64,000 nucleotides of DNA from Camelus dromedarius (taxonomy: Eukaryota): contig NC_087438.1 of the NCBI RefSeq assembly GCF_036321535.1, forward strand, positions 1,366,001 to 1,430,000, given 5' to 3'. The translations under genes were made by a program, and so were the position numbers. Positions 1-10,945 of this stretch are shown here, piece by piece (position 1 is the first letter of the stretch; each line of letters begins with the position of its first letter). The notes under the pieces were generated by a model that saw only the letters and a list, made by a program, of their open reading frames with translations, was not told where the DNA came from and did no database searches.

Positions 1-569
1 TAAGCAGTGCGGTACGAGCAGCCTCCCCTCCCCTTCATTTTCGCCATCCTTTGCACCGAGACGAAGGACAGGACAGACACCAGCAGTGGACCCTTCGCTC
101 CACTGGAGTCCAGGTGGGGCTTCGGTGCCTGCCGGGAACGTGGCCAAGGCTGAAGGTTTTGCAGTTCCAGCTCGGAAGTGGCCACATCCGTCTTCTCCTC
201 CTAATACAGAGGCCATGGACGCCAGCCGAGCTCGGACACCTCAGGGATGAGGGCGCCGACGCCAGCTCAGCGCAGGTCCCCTGGGGCCTCAGGGGCCGCG
301 CCCCGCGCGCCTCCTGCGTTCATCGCTAAAGCCCTGTCTGGGCGGCCCGCGTGGCTCACACCCGCCTTGTTCAACGGCCAGCTGTGGTCACCTTCTGTCA
401 CTCTGCTAATCTGTGGCCTCACCCGCCACTCTGCTGGCTCAAAGGTGACCGACCCCCTTTCTGTGGAAAAGTGAGCGGTCGGGCAGCCGTCGAGGGTCCA
501 CTGACGCACTCGGTGTTTGTCTCTAGTATTTGGGACCGTTTTGCACGCAAACCCCTTGCTGGAGATGCC

Positions 570-598
570 TGTGTTGTTGTTGTTGTTGTTTTTTTTTT
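570..598. repeat. (GTT)n microsatellite followed by poly-T
   Basis: tgttgttgttgttgttgtttttttttt seen directly. Confidence 0.9.
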
Positions 599-1699
599 AA
601 ATAGTCCACCTTGATAAAAACCCATAATATCAAGTGACTGGCTGCCTCACTAACGCGCGGTTTGGACGTCAATTCAAAATTTGAAATCAGAAGACATATT
701 CTTTTTATTCAATGTAAATTAAAATGTTGGCTTTCCATGCTATGATTGCTGTTTTGTTCCTAAAAGCATAGACTAAATTCATAGTTTATTTTAATTGGGC
801 ACATAAAAAATTAAAGAAAGGCTGAACAAATTACATCATAGTTAGCTGGTCTGTAAAAGCTTTTCCACCTGATTAATACATTAAAAAAGTAGAATTACAG
901 TTATGAAAATGTGTGTGTGTGAGAGTGTGTCTGTGGGTCACATTTTTAACAGGAGGTGTCTCAGTGTGTGGGTCAGGGGTCACCAACATGGAAGCCAGGG
1001 GCTGTCGTGGGGAGCAGACGCCTGGGTCCCTCCCAGGCCTCCTGAAGCAGAACTTCAGCGGGTGGTGGTGAGCTTAGGACATTCATTTTTAGTGAGCTGT
1101 GAAGATGAGATGGGCGGTCTTTGCATTCTGAGGACGACTACTGCACACCACGGGGGCTGCTGGCCCAAGGTTTTGTCTCATTGGGATGCACGAGATTGCA
1201 CTTGTTCCAGAGAAGTGAGGAGCCACCAAAAAAGACACCTAAACAGAACCTGCAGTCCCGTGATTGGAGTTTGGCATTTTTTCAATGTAGGACCTTTTCA
1301 GTTAAGGGGCCTTTGTACCCTCGTGGTCACGGGTGTCCTCTCTCAAATGGCACCCTGGCTTGTCAGCATTCTTCCTTTGGGGCCCCTGGGACCTGGGGTG
1401 TCACTTGGCCTCTTGATGATGCTGACAGTCCTCTGTTAGCCAAGGATTAAAACAAACCCGTGCTGAATATCCAGCTGGAAAACGTTTCAGTGGGATTAGA
1501 TTCAGAGGCGCGTCACTGAGGGTGAGGTCACACCTTCACTGAGGTCACACCATCATTGAATTCACTGACGAGGATATTGAAGGGAACAAGATGACAGCAT
1601 CCTGGAGCCTCTGGAGCTACAGTTCGGCAAATTCTCCGTGCTCTGTCCTCTCCTGGGGGAGCCTTCTCTGACTGTATTTCTCAGCAGACCAACATTTCT

Positions 1700-2140
1700 C
1701 TGTTTGGCTGGTGAGGGTCTCCCTGGAGCCCTGGACAAATCTTTGGCTGACGTCCACATGGACCCTGGCGATGGCAAGTGTCATTTTGGACCCCCCCCCC
1801 CATATCAGCTCCTTCAGGACCCCGCCCTGCCCATCTACCAGCCTGTAGGAACCAGCGCTGACCAATCGACTAACCAGGCAGGGACACAGCTCCCCCACCC
1901 GTGGGCGGCCCCCAGCCCCAGAATCCCTGTCCCTGCTCACAGTGAGCCTGCTCTAGACTTGGGATCCGCCTCCCCGACCAGTGGGGACACAGCCCTCCCA
2001 CTGGCAGGCCAGCACCAGCACCAGGACAGCCGGGCCCAGCCCCGAAGCCAGCACAATACTTGGGGCACCTGGACCCTGCAGCCCGCTGTGCTGGCAGCTG
2101 GCCCCACTCACCCCAGTGGTTCGACGCCTGCTCAGGGCCC
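1700..2140 (+). mobile_element. L1 5'UTR fragment, cetartiodactyl/laurasiatherian type
   Basis: Motifs 'gaccctggcgatggcaagtgtcattttgga', 'accagcctgtaggaaccagc', 'cagggacacagctccc', 'ctctagac', 'ggaccctgcagcc' resemble recalled artiodactyl L1 5'UTR sequence. Confidence 0.6.
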
Positions 2141-2903
2141 CCTGGGTAGGAGTGCTCTTTATATAATCAGTATGGTTTGCATATATTTTCTCTCAGTCTG
2201 TAGGCTGTACTTTCACATTCTTAACAGAGTTTTGTTTTCTTAAATAGGGTTCACGTTTTTCATTGTGATGAAGTCCTGTTTATCAAGTTCTCCCCTTTGG
2301 GGGTCATGGTTTGGGATCTATTCTCCTAGCCATAGACCGCAGAGATCTCTATTGTTTTTTTCCCCAAAGTTGTATCATTCTCATTTTATATTCAAGTCAC
2401 CGACATATTTTGAGTTCATTTCTCTCTAAAGTGTGAAGTCTCGAAGTCCTTTTTTGGCCTATGGCTGTCTAATGGCACCTAGCGTCGTTTGTTGAAAGAC
2501 TGTCCTTTCTACATTGAATCACTTTTAAACTTTCACCAAAAATATGTTGTGCACATCTGTGTGGGTCTGTGCTGGGCTTCCGGCTCTGTTCTGCTGGTCC
2601 ATGTGGTTGTCTACCCCCCACCCCACAGCCTGGGTCACCGGGACGATAAAAGTCTAGAAATCAGTTAGACTGGTTACTCCGGCTTCTTCTTCTTTCTCAA
2701 TTAAAAAAAAGAAAAAAGAAAAAAAAACCCTCTCCTAGTTCCTTTTCACTTCCATATAATTTTTGAATAACATGGTGTACATCTATAAAAAGCATTGCTA
2801 GGGTTTTGATGCTATGGCAGTAAGCCTTCCGTGACTTTCAACCTGCCTGTATTGTTGTGTTTGAAGTGAGTTTTTTTTAGACGACATGTTGTTGAGGCAT
2901 CGA

Positions 2904-3300
2904 TTTTTTTTAAATTGAGGTACAGTCAATTTACAATGTTGCGTTAGTTTCAGGTGTATAACAAAGTGATTCGGTTCTATCTATCTATCTCTCTATCTAT
3001 CTATAGATTCTTTTCTATTATTGGTTATTACAAGATATTGAAAATAGTCCCTGTGCTCTACAGTAGGACCTTAATGATTATTTTATATAAAGCAGTGTGT
3101 ATCTGCAAATCCCAAATTCCTAATTTATCCTTCCCCTCCCTTTCCCCCTGGTAACCATAAGTTTGTTTTCTATGTCTGTAAGTCTGTTTCTGTTTCGTAA
3201 ATAAGTTTATTTGTATTTTTTTTTTAGATTCCACATGTAAGTGATCTCATATGATATTTGTATTTCTCTGTTTGACTTACTTCACTTATTATGATAATTC
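2904..3300 (-). mobile_element. Younger 5'-truncated L1 3' end inserted in the old L1
   Basis: Typical antisense 3'UTR (tttacaatgttgcgttagtttcaggtgta...ccctgtgctctacagtaggacc...ggtaaccataagtttgttttctatgtctg...ttagattccacat). Diverged TSD aggcatcgatttt (2895) / agacatagatttt (3301). Confidence 0.9.
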
Positions 3301-4602
3301 AGACATAGATTTTTTTTTTAAATCCACTCTGCCAGTCTTTGCCTTTTAACTGATATTTTTGGATCATTTATATTTAATATATCTGTTGTTGTGTTAGGGA
3401 TTAATTCTGCCATTTTAGTTTTTGTTTTCTAGTTAGTTTTGTTTCTATTTTTCATTTCTCTTTCCTTTTATTGATTTCCAATGGGCTACTTGAACATTAT
3501 TTTTACAATTCAGTTACACTGTGTTTATAATGTGTGCATATCTCTTGTATTGTGGGTGCTCTATGTGTTACATTACACAGATTTGATTTATCACAGTCTA
3601 CTTGTAACATTTCATCATTTCAAGTGAGGTACAGAAACTTACCTTTCTTTACATCATTATGCCAACCTTGTTTGTAATATAATTGTCTTAAGTATTCCCT
3701 ATGCATATATCTAGAATAAAATGAAGCAGTGTTCACAGTTTTGTTTAAATCACCAAATACAATTTGGAAAACTCAAGAGGAGAAAGAAAATGTATTGTAT
3801 TTGCCTATGATTTTACTCTTTCTGCTCTTTTTCCTTTTTGCCTGATATTCTGAGTTCCATTTTCTTTTGTTTAAAGAAATCTATCTTTGGCCATTCATGC
3901 AGGGCAGATCAGCTGGCAGCACACTTTCCTCCAGTCTGAGTGTGCCCCGATGTACCTGCCCGTCACTCTGCAAGTGTAGCTCTCGGGTTAGGGTCTGGGC
4001 TGGCAGCTCTTCCTTTATGGTCAGAAGAAGTTACGTCACTTGTGCAGGCCTCCCCACCTTCCGTTCAGAAATCTGCTGTAATTTCAATCATGTTTCCTTT
4101 ATAGGTAAGATGTTTCTCACCTGTTTCAAAGCTTTTCATTGCCTTCTGCCTTCATAAGCCTGACTGTGATGTGTTCTGATATGAACTGGGGGGGGATTTT
4201 ATTCTGTCAGAAGTTTATTCTGAGGAGCTGTTGTTCGGTTTCTTGACTCTGTGGGTTTATGCCTTTTGCCATATTTGGGAAACTTTCAGCTGTTATTTCT
4301 TAGAGTATTTTTCAGTCCCACTTGTTCCGTGACCCCAATGACATACATATTAGACATTCTATTTTTGCCTCATTGGTCCCTGAGACTCTGATACAATTCT
4401 TCTATTTTTCTCTCAGTTATTCAAATCGGGTAATTCCTACTGTTCTGTCTTCCAGTTTACTGATTCTGTTCCCTCCATATTGATGTTTAATAAAGCCACT
4501 GATTTTTTTTCCATTAAAGTCATTATATTCTTAGTTCTAGGATTTCCATTTGGTTTTTCTTTATGTCTTTTTTTTTTTTTTTTGCTGGGACTTTGCATTT
4601 TC

Positions 4603-4745
4603 TTTTTAATTTTTTTTTGTGTGGGGGAGGGTAATTAGGTTTATTCATTTAGTTTTTTTTTTTTTTTAATGGAGGTACTGGGGCTTGAACCCAGGACCCT
4701 GTGCATGCTGAGCACAAACTCTACCACTGAGATACACCCCCCCCC
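4603..4745 (-). mobile_element. Vic-1-type camelid SINE (tRNA-Ala-derived)
   Basis: Minus strand reads GGGGGTGTATCTCAGTGGTAGAG...AGCATGCACAGGGTCCTGGGTTCAAGCCCCAGTACCTCCA, then an A-rich linker, AACCTAATTACCCTCCCCC and an A tail. Pol III A and B boxes are present. Confidence 0.9.
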
Positions 4746-6189
4746 ACCTTCTTTTCTAAATTGTGCTCAGAGAAGCACTTTAGTCAAGTCTTGTCAGATA
4801 GTTCTAACATCTGTGTCGTCCTGGCAGTGCCACCTGCGGGCTTCAGGGCTTTTGTCACTGCCCAGGGGTGATGAAGCCTTTTAGTTTTCATCCAGTTTGA
4901 GATCTTCCTGTTGTGGAGTAGGATGAGTGATTTCAACTTAAATCTCCACGTTTTCGTATTTTATATTCACCCTGGGTCTTACACCTTCTGACTCAGCTGC
5001 CTTCCTCTGGCACCAGTCCAGCGGTGGAAAGGGTGGAACTGGAAGTCCAGGCTCCTCACTGACCTCCCTTGACACTAAAGATGGGCCCTGCTGGGTGGGA
5101 AGGGATTCTGATGCCCCCAGGCTTCCACTGACACTGTGGTGGGGTGGCTTCAACATCACTGGGCAGGAGCCAAAATCCTGGCCCTCCATTAGCCTTCTCT
5201 GACACCACCCCACAGAGAGGGGAGGTAAACCCCACATCTGCCATTGGGGTGGAAGTTCAGGTCCACATACAGCCTCTCATCACCCTGGGCGGGGGTCCTG
5301 GTTCCCATCGAATGTCTGTGAGAGTCCAGTCTCCATGCTTGGACTCCTCTGACACCCCCTGGCAAGGGTGTGGGCTGTCTTCTTGCAGCCCATGAGGGCG
5401 GAAGTCCAGGTTGGGTGGGACCACAGTGTCTAAGTGTCGTTTGGCCGGAGCAGAGATGCTGCTGTCTAAAATTGCTGTCCTGTTAGGCTTTCCTGACCCT
5501 TGGCTGGAAAGAGCAGACTTTGCTTAAGCTTTTTCTGCCCCCTTGGCATTTCTGAGTTGCTGGCTTCTTCAACTCCAGGTCTGGGACGCATAAGGCAAGA
5601 AGAAACCCAGCTAATCCCCCATCCTGCTGTGGGTCCTGTCCTGAGATTCCTAGCTGGTCTCTCCTCGGCCCACTTTTCAGAGACTTTGTGCATTTATTTC
5701 ATAATAATATATAGAGATTTTTGTGATAGGGAAAATACATGCACTTCCTCTTCCCAGAGGCAGAGTTTCTGTAATCATTTCTCTCCAAAAGAATTTCTTT
5801 TATGATTCTTGGGGATATCAACATCTCAAGAATCCATTTTGCACTACTGACCGTTCCCAGGGCCACTGACTGGAGCCTCTGCAGGGACCAGAGTTTGCTG
5901 GGCTGCCTTCTCCTCACCCCTCGGGGCTGGCCGGGGGGTGGGGGTGAGGGGCGTGGTGAACATTCCGTAATTTGCGAAATAAATAGCACAACATTTCTGA
6001 GCGCTCAGTTCTGTGCTGACACACACATAAGTGTGGGGAGCGTTAGGGAGTCACCCGCCAGTAGTTCAGTAATGCATGCTCCCCGTCACTTAATTATTTT
6101 GAGAACACCTGTTGAAGAAACAGCTGCTCCAGAGGGGAATTAGAAGTCAAAGGGTCAGTGCCTGTGTGACCACATTTCACTCTAAACGG

Positions 6190-7040
6190 GAGCAGGCGCC
6201 TGCGGGGTGCGGAGGGACCGGTCCTTGTTCCTGGGAGAAACCGGCCCGGTGCCAGCCGTCATGTGCAGGACCTCCGGACCCTCGCTGGAAGCGTGCACGG
6301 GGATGGATGGAAGGAGGCCGGCCCTGTGTGCTTATGTCCAGGCCCACGGCTGGCTTTCCTGCCGCTCACGGTACAGACACCTCCTGGAAGGGTCGGCACG
6401 TCCAGTGACGCTACACGGGACTTGCGCGTGCAGATGCCCAGCCCGAGAAGCCTGCAGGTGCGGGAGGGCGGGGCCTCGGGAAGCAGAGGCTCTGCCCGCC
6501 GGGGGTTCCGCGGAGCTGGCGCGTGGGGTCCGGGGCTTGGGGCAGCCCCTAACCTCCACGGAACGATGGCGTGGGGCCGGCTTCCCCGGTGAAGAATCAA
6601 GACCGTAGGAAACCGCGCCAAAAGGCTCCCGGCGCCGGTGCTTACGATCAGCGATCAGCGGTCAATACGGAGCCAGGCAGCGGCAGAACATCTCCATAAA
6701 CGATGCGTGCGCTTCCCGTCTGTAGCCTGCTTGTCAATTATCCAGATAATCTTCCTAATTTTCCCCGGTGTGCAATTTTAAAATTCATCCCTAGGCTTGG
6801 AGAAGACAAAGAGCAGGTTCCACGCACACCTACCCAAGCCCCTGCTGGCGGCGGGGACGCGCTCCGGTCCGGCTGGAGGCGGGCTCCCCTCGCGGGGCCT
6901 CTCCCCGGAGCCCCGCCCCCGCCCCGCTTGTCTTCCCGAGAGAGCCGAGGGGCTCTCCGTGCTCATTGCAGCCCGGCCTCCCAGGGGTGGTGCACGATCA
7001 GGGGAGCCACCGCGGGAGAACGAGGGGGTGGCGGGAGAAC
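6190..7040. promoter_or_regulatory. CpG island-like region with GC boxes
   Basis: High GC and CpG density, with ccccgcccc GC boxes near 6911-6926. Confidence 0.6.
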
Positions 7041-7172
7041 ATGAAGAAACCAAGTATCAGACTGTGCAGGAGCAAACTTAATAGTGACAACTTCCTCGGG
7101 GCAGCTGCAGCCTTAAAGCGCAGCATTTATTCTTGGCCATTTTTCCCGCGGCCAACACCACTGTCCACCCCA

Positions 7173-7173
<1 letters not shown>

Positions 7174-7214
<41 letters not shown>

Positions 7215-7219
7215 ACACA
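7174..7219. repeat. (CA)n microsatellite
   Basis: About 23 CA units with one interruption. Confidence 0.95.
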
Positions 7220-9007
7220 GTAGGGCTGCGCCAGGTCATTTTCCCCATGGAATTTGGGGTGTCATTTTCTTTTCTTTAAAGCTTCAGAAATTTCACACCC
7301 TCCCTTGGTAACGTATTCAAATATCAAATGTCTCCTGGTGCTGGCAGTTCTCTTTTTTTATATTTAATTTAAATCTTATGCTGTGGCACCTTTTTCTTTT
7401 ATGAAGATTCAGTGAAAGAAATGTAATTTTTAAAATTATTTGGGGCAATGAAACTTACTTTTTTAAGGCCCATGATCGCATGAAATAGCCTCCTATTTTA
7501 CACACTGCTATTTAATTTTCGTCTTCGTAGCACCTGATGCGAGAGCACGTTTAACCGCACTGGAAAACATTCCCTGCTGCACTGCAGACCTCGTCACGTC
7601 AGTGACGGCTTAAAGCCTGGGCCAGTAAATTGGCCCTGATTAAATAAAGGATAAAACAGTGAAAGTAGTTGAAAGGCGGTTTTACAAAGAATATCGTTTT
7701 CTGTTTTCTGTGTCTTTAAAATTTCAGGCTGGGCAAAGAATAACTGGGAGAGATTGCGTTCACTGCACTTAGTCTTAAACCAGATCTTGGGACAGAGTGT
7801 CTAGTGCCTGGCGGGGAACAGCAGGTGTCAGTCACTGGGCGCCCCGTCCTCCCAGGCTCCCAAAGAGGACGGGTCACAGGAAAGACACTTGGTCCCGCTG
7901 CCTTGATGGCTCCGAATGCTGTCACCTCCATCAGCACACACACTGTCTTTCCTCCTTCCTGCTCAAGTCTTTGTGTTGCCTACAAAAACGCATTTTCTAA
8001 AGATGTCTTAAGTGGATGAATTATTTGGGAAAAACAGAGTGAGGAAGACATTAAGTTACAATAATCAGAAATTAATTAGAAGTTAATTAGAAATTTGAAA
8101 ATTCAGGGCTACAAAACTCTCAGATATCAGCACTGATTTCCTCACTTTCTAACCGAAAGGGGAAAAAATGTGCATGTGTGTGTGCATGTGTATATGAGTG
8201 TGTGTTATATTTACATATAAATAAATATAATTGCATTAAAATGCTTATACAGTGCATTGTGACACTGCAGGTACCACGTCTCACGTATGAATTAATATTT
8301 AACATCACGAGCATGAGATTCGACATATATATACAAACGATCATTAAACACAAAAGGTTAGGGTAGTTTTCACATGTCTGAAAATTAACACGCTATTTTA
8401 ATAAATCAAATCCAGTAAGAATTTCAAGTAGCTTTTTGGTCTTCATCACATCAAAGGAAGCAACATACAGCTCATTTAAAATCTGCACGGAGCTATCAGA
8501 GGTGGGTCTGAGACCTGTTAAGCACGTAGCGAGGGACAAGCACCGCGGAGGGACTGGGGTCACCGTTCTCAGAGGGACCTGCCGGGGACCTGCCGTTGGT
8601 CAGAGCCTCTGGGCTCGGAGCAGCACCTGTCTATGGGGGGAGCCAGAGACTACAGAAGGAATTATGCAAAATTCCAGAACTGCAGTCACCCGGCTTCAGG
8701 GACAGGAGAGGGGGTGCTGTGAGCCAGCCACACACACACAGGTCACCGGGGATGAGACCCCAGTGGGACCCGGGCGATCGAATGTGGAGGAAGGGGGACC
8801 AGGACGTAGGCAAAATCTGAGAAAGAAAGTGAAAATCTTCATATAAGAAATTCAGATACAAAGATCTTCTCTCAAGTGACCGAAAAACAGACCTACCCGT
8901 GGCGAACGTTCAGAGGAAGTTAGTGCCCTCAGGTCTTGCCCACAACATGCAGGAGGCAAGGGCTGGGTCCTGAGGTTCCATCAGAGACGCGGGTGCCTGT
9001 ATGTTCG

Positions 9008-9036
9008 TGCGTGTGTGTGTGTGTGTGTTTGTGTGC
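9008..9036. repeat. (TG)n microsatellite
   Basis: Direct observation. Confidence 0.85.
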
Positions 9037-10445
9037 ACCTGCGGTCGCTGGCAGCCCCCCACGATATCAGGAAGGCAGCTGAAGGGGACGGTGTGCCCCG
9101 GGGAGCAGGACTGCTCCCCACGTCTGCCTGGAGGCTCTCCGCGCGGACAGGATTGATTTTGTTGGAACACAATGGAAGAGAGCCCGTATCTTAAAAGACC
9201 TTATCTTTGCTTCCTAACATAAATCAGTGTTTCAGTTCACTGGATTTCTTTGAACAGACACACTGTGCGCCCTCTTTCCAGAGCTCTCATCATCAAGTCC
9301 AAAAAGAAAATGGGCGTGGACTTCCGAGGCAGAGTAACCAAAGGGGGACAAAACCTCACTGGTGAGTCCGGAGGACTTCGGAAGGTGGAGGGAGATGGAC
9401 AAGCGCGGCTGACTGGGCGGAGGGGAGGGGGTGACCTCTGGGCCTCGGGAAGGGGGAACCAGCTGTCACTGGGCCCCCGGAGGACACAGGGCCACCAGGA
9501 GGATCTGGATTTGGGGATGGTGGGTCAGGGCGGAGAATGGGGGAGCCTTTGCACCTTGTACAGAGCAGAGGATGACAGATCTCCACAGAGGCAGGGAGGC
9601 CCACTGGCGGGAGGGGCCGCCGAGAGGGGCTGAGTCCCCGGGGCATCCGCAAGGCTGAGGGTGTGGTGACATGTCTTTCCAAACGAGAGGCAGGCGGGAT
9701 GCGTTCCAGCTGCGTCCGCTCCAGGTCCCAGTCCTGCCGATAGAGGCTGGAGCGTTCTTCTCTGGGAAAGACCAGCACAGGCCAGGAGCCCTGAAATCTT
9801 TCATGGCTTTCGTATGGGGCTCTTCCACCTGGAACAGTAACTTATACACACGCGTTCATTCAGTTTTTCAGTGCACCCACCGCTCTCAGATGTGAGTGTG
9901 GACTTCAAAATTGCTTTCGAACGTTCAACGTTGCAGTAGAAGGCCTTGCACACCTCCTACCCCCAGGATTGCTGGATGCTGTGCCTCCAGAGGGCGAGGC
10001 AAGAATCCAGAAAGAAGCATCTGACCCGGAGAGAGTGGCTGGACGCCCAGCACAGCAAGTGACGGGACGGGGCCTCCAGGAACCTGTGGAGCTGGCCTTG
10101 GGGACAACTCCCCCGACGGGGCAGTGGGACAGAGACCCCCCTTTATTAAATAGGACTGTCTGAGACAGGGGGGAAGGGGCCGGGCACAGCCACTGAGGGG
10201 ACGACACAGCAACTGAGGACAAACCGGTCAGAACCGAGATGGCGGAGGAGTCGCCTTCCAGGTGACCTTGAGCCTCACGGCGCACCCACAGGGCCAGGAC
10301 AGCGCCCAGGCTGCCGGCACAGGTCAAAAAGCGGGCGGGCAGGGCAGGGGGGCATTTCCTAGAAACCCCCGCCCCTCCCCCAGCACAGCTGGACTCATTC
10401 TCCTGAACACGAGCACGTGAAACCACTGAGACCACAGAAACTCAA

Positions 10446-10945
10446 TGCCCCCACCTCGTCCCCATCCCCCTCTCGTCTACCCCCTCGTCCCCCGCTTGTC
10501 CCCCCCTCGCCTCCCCCCTCGTCCCCCCTCGCCTCACCCCCTCGTCCCCCTGCTCATCTCCCCCCATCTCCCCCCTCATCTCCCCCTGCCCCCCCTTGTC
10601 CCCTCCTTGTCCCCCCTCGTCTCCCCCATCTCCCCCCTCATCTCCCCCTGCCCCCCCTTGTCCCCCCCTTGTCCCCCCTCGTCTCCCCCACATCTCCCCC
10701 CTCATCTCCCCCTGCCCCCCCTTGTCCCCCCCTCGCCTCCCCCCCTCGTCTCCCCCCCTCGTCTCCCCCCGTCCCCCCCGTCCCCCCTCGCCTCCCCCCC
10801 TCGCCTCCCCCCCTCGTCCCCCTCTTGTCCACCCCTTGCCTCCCCCCTCGTCCCCCCTCGCCTCCCCCCTCGCCCCCCCTCGCCTCCCCCCCTCGTCCCC
10901 CCCCTCGCCTCCCCCCTCGTCCCTCCCCCCCATCCCCCCCCCCCC
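10446..10945. repeat. C-rich pyrimidine minisatellite (units such as CCCCCTCGT, CCCCCTTGT, CCCCCTCAT) with a ~62-bp higher-order unit
   Basis: About 500 bp of C4-C8 runs separated by tcgt/tcgc/ttgt/tcat. The block 'catctcccccctcatctccccctgcccccccttgtcc' occurs 3 times in 10565-10733. Confidence 0.95.

Larger units (their letters stand above)
2145..5770 (-). mobile_element. Ancient L1 (L1MC/L1MD-like) relic with 5' end, ORF1 and ORF2 pieces, interrupted by a younger L1 and a SINE
   Basis: T-rich antisense ORF2 motifs (tgatgaagtcc, tttgttgaaagactgtccttt, aaatccactctgccagtctttgcc), ORF1-like 'tttgggaaactttcagctgttatttct', repeated 'ggaagtccaggct' units, and a 5'-terminal 'gggaaaatacatgcacttcctcttcccagaggcagag'. 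Confidence 0.8.

Noticed and set aside
1523..1551. TGAGGTCACACC direct repeat (nuclear-receptor half sites)
   Set aside because: The 11-bp spacing is non-canonical; likely a small local duplication
4670..4741. tRNA-Ala(AGC)-like sequence on the minus strand
   Set aside because: It is the head of a Vic-1-type SINE, with the SINE tail attached and mismatched stems
9981..9998. CTCF-like motif CCTCCAGAGGGCG (others at about 34553 and 42600)
   Set aside because: Such matches are common by chance at this GC content and cannot be supported without data
10297..10306. RE1 right half-site GGACAGCGCC
   Set aside because: No properly spaced left half
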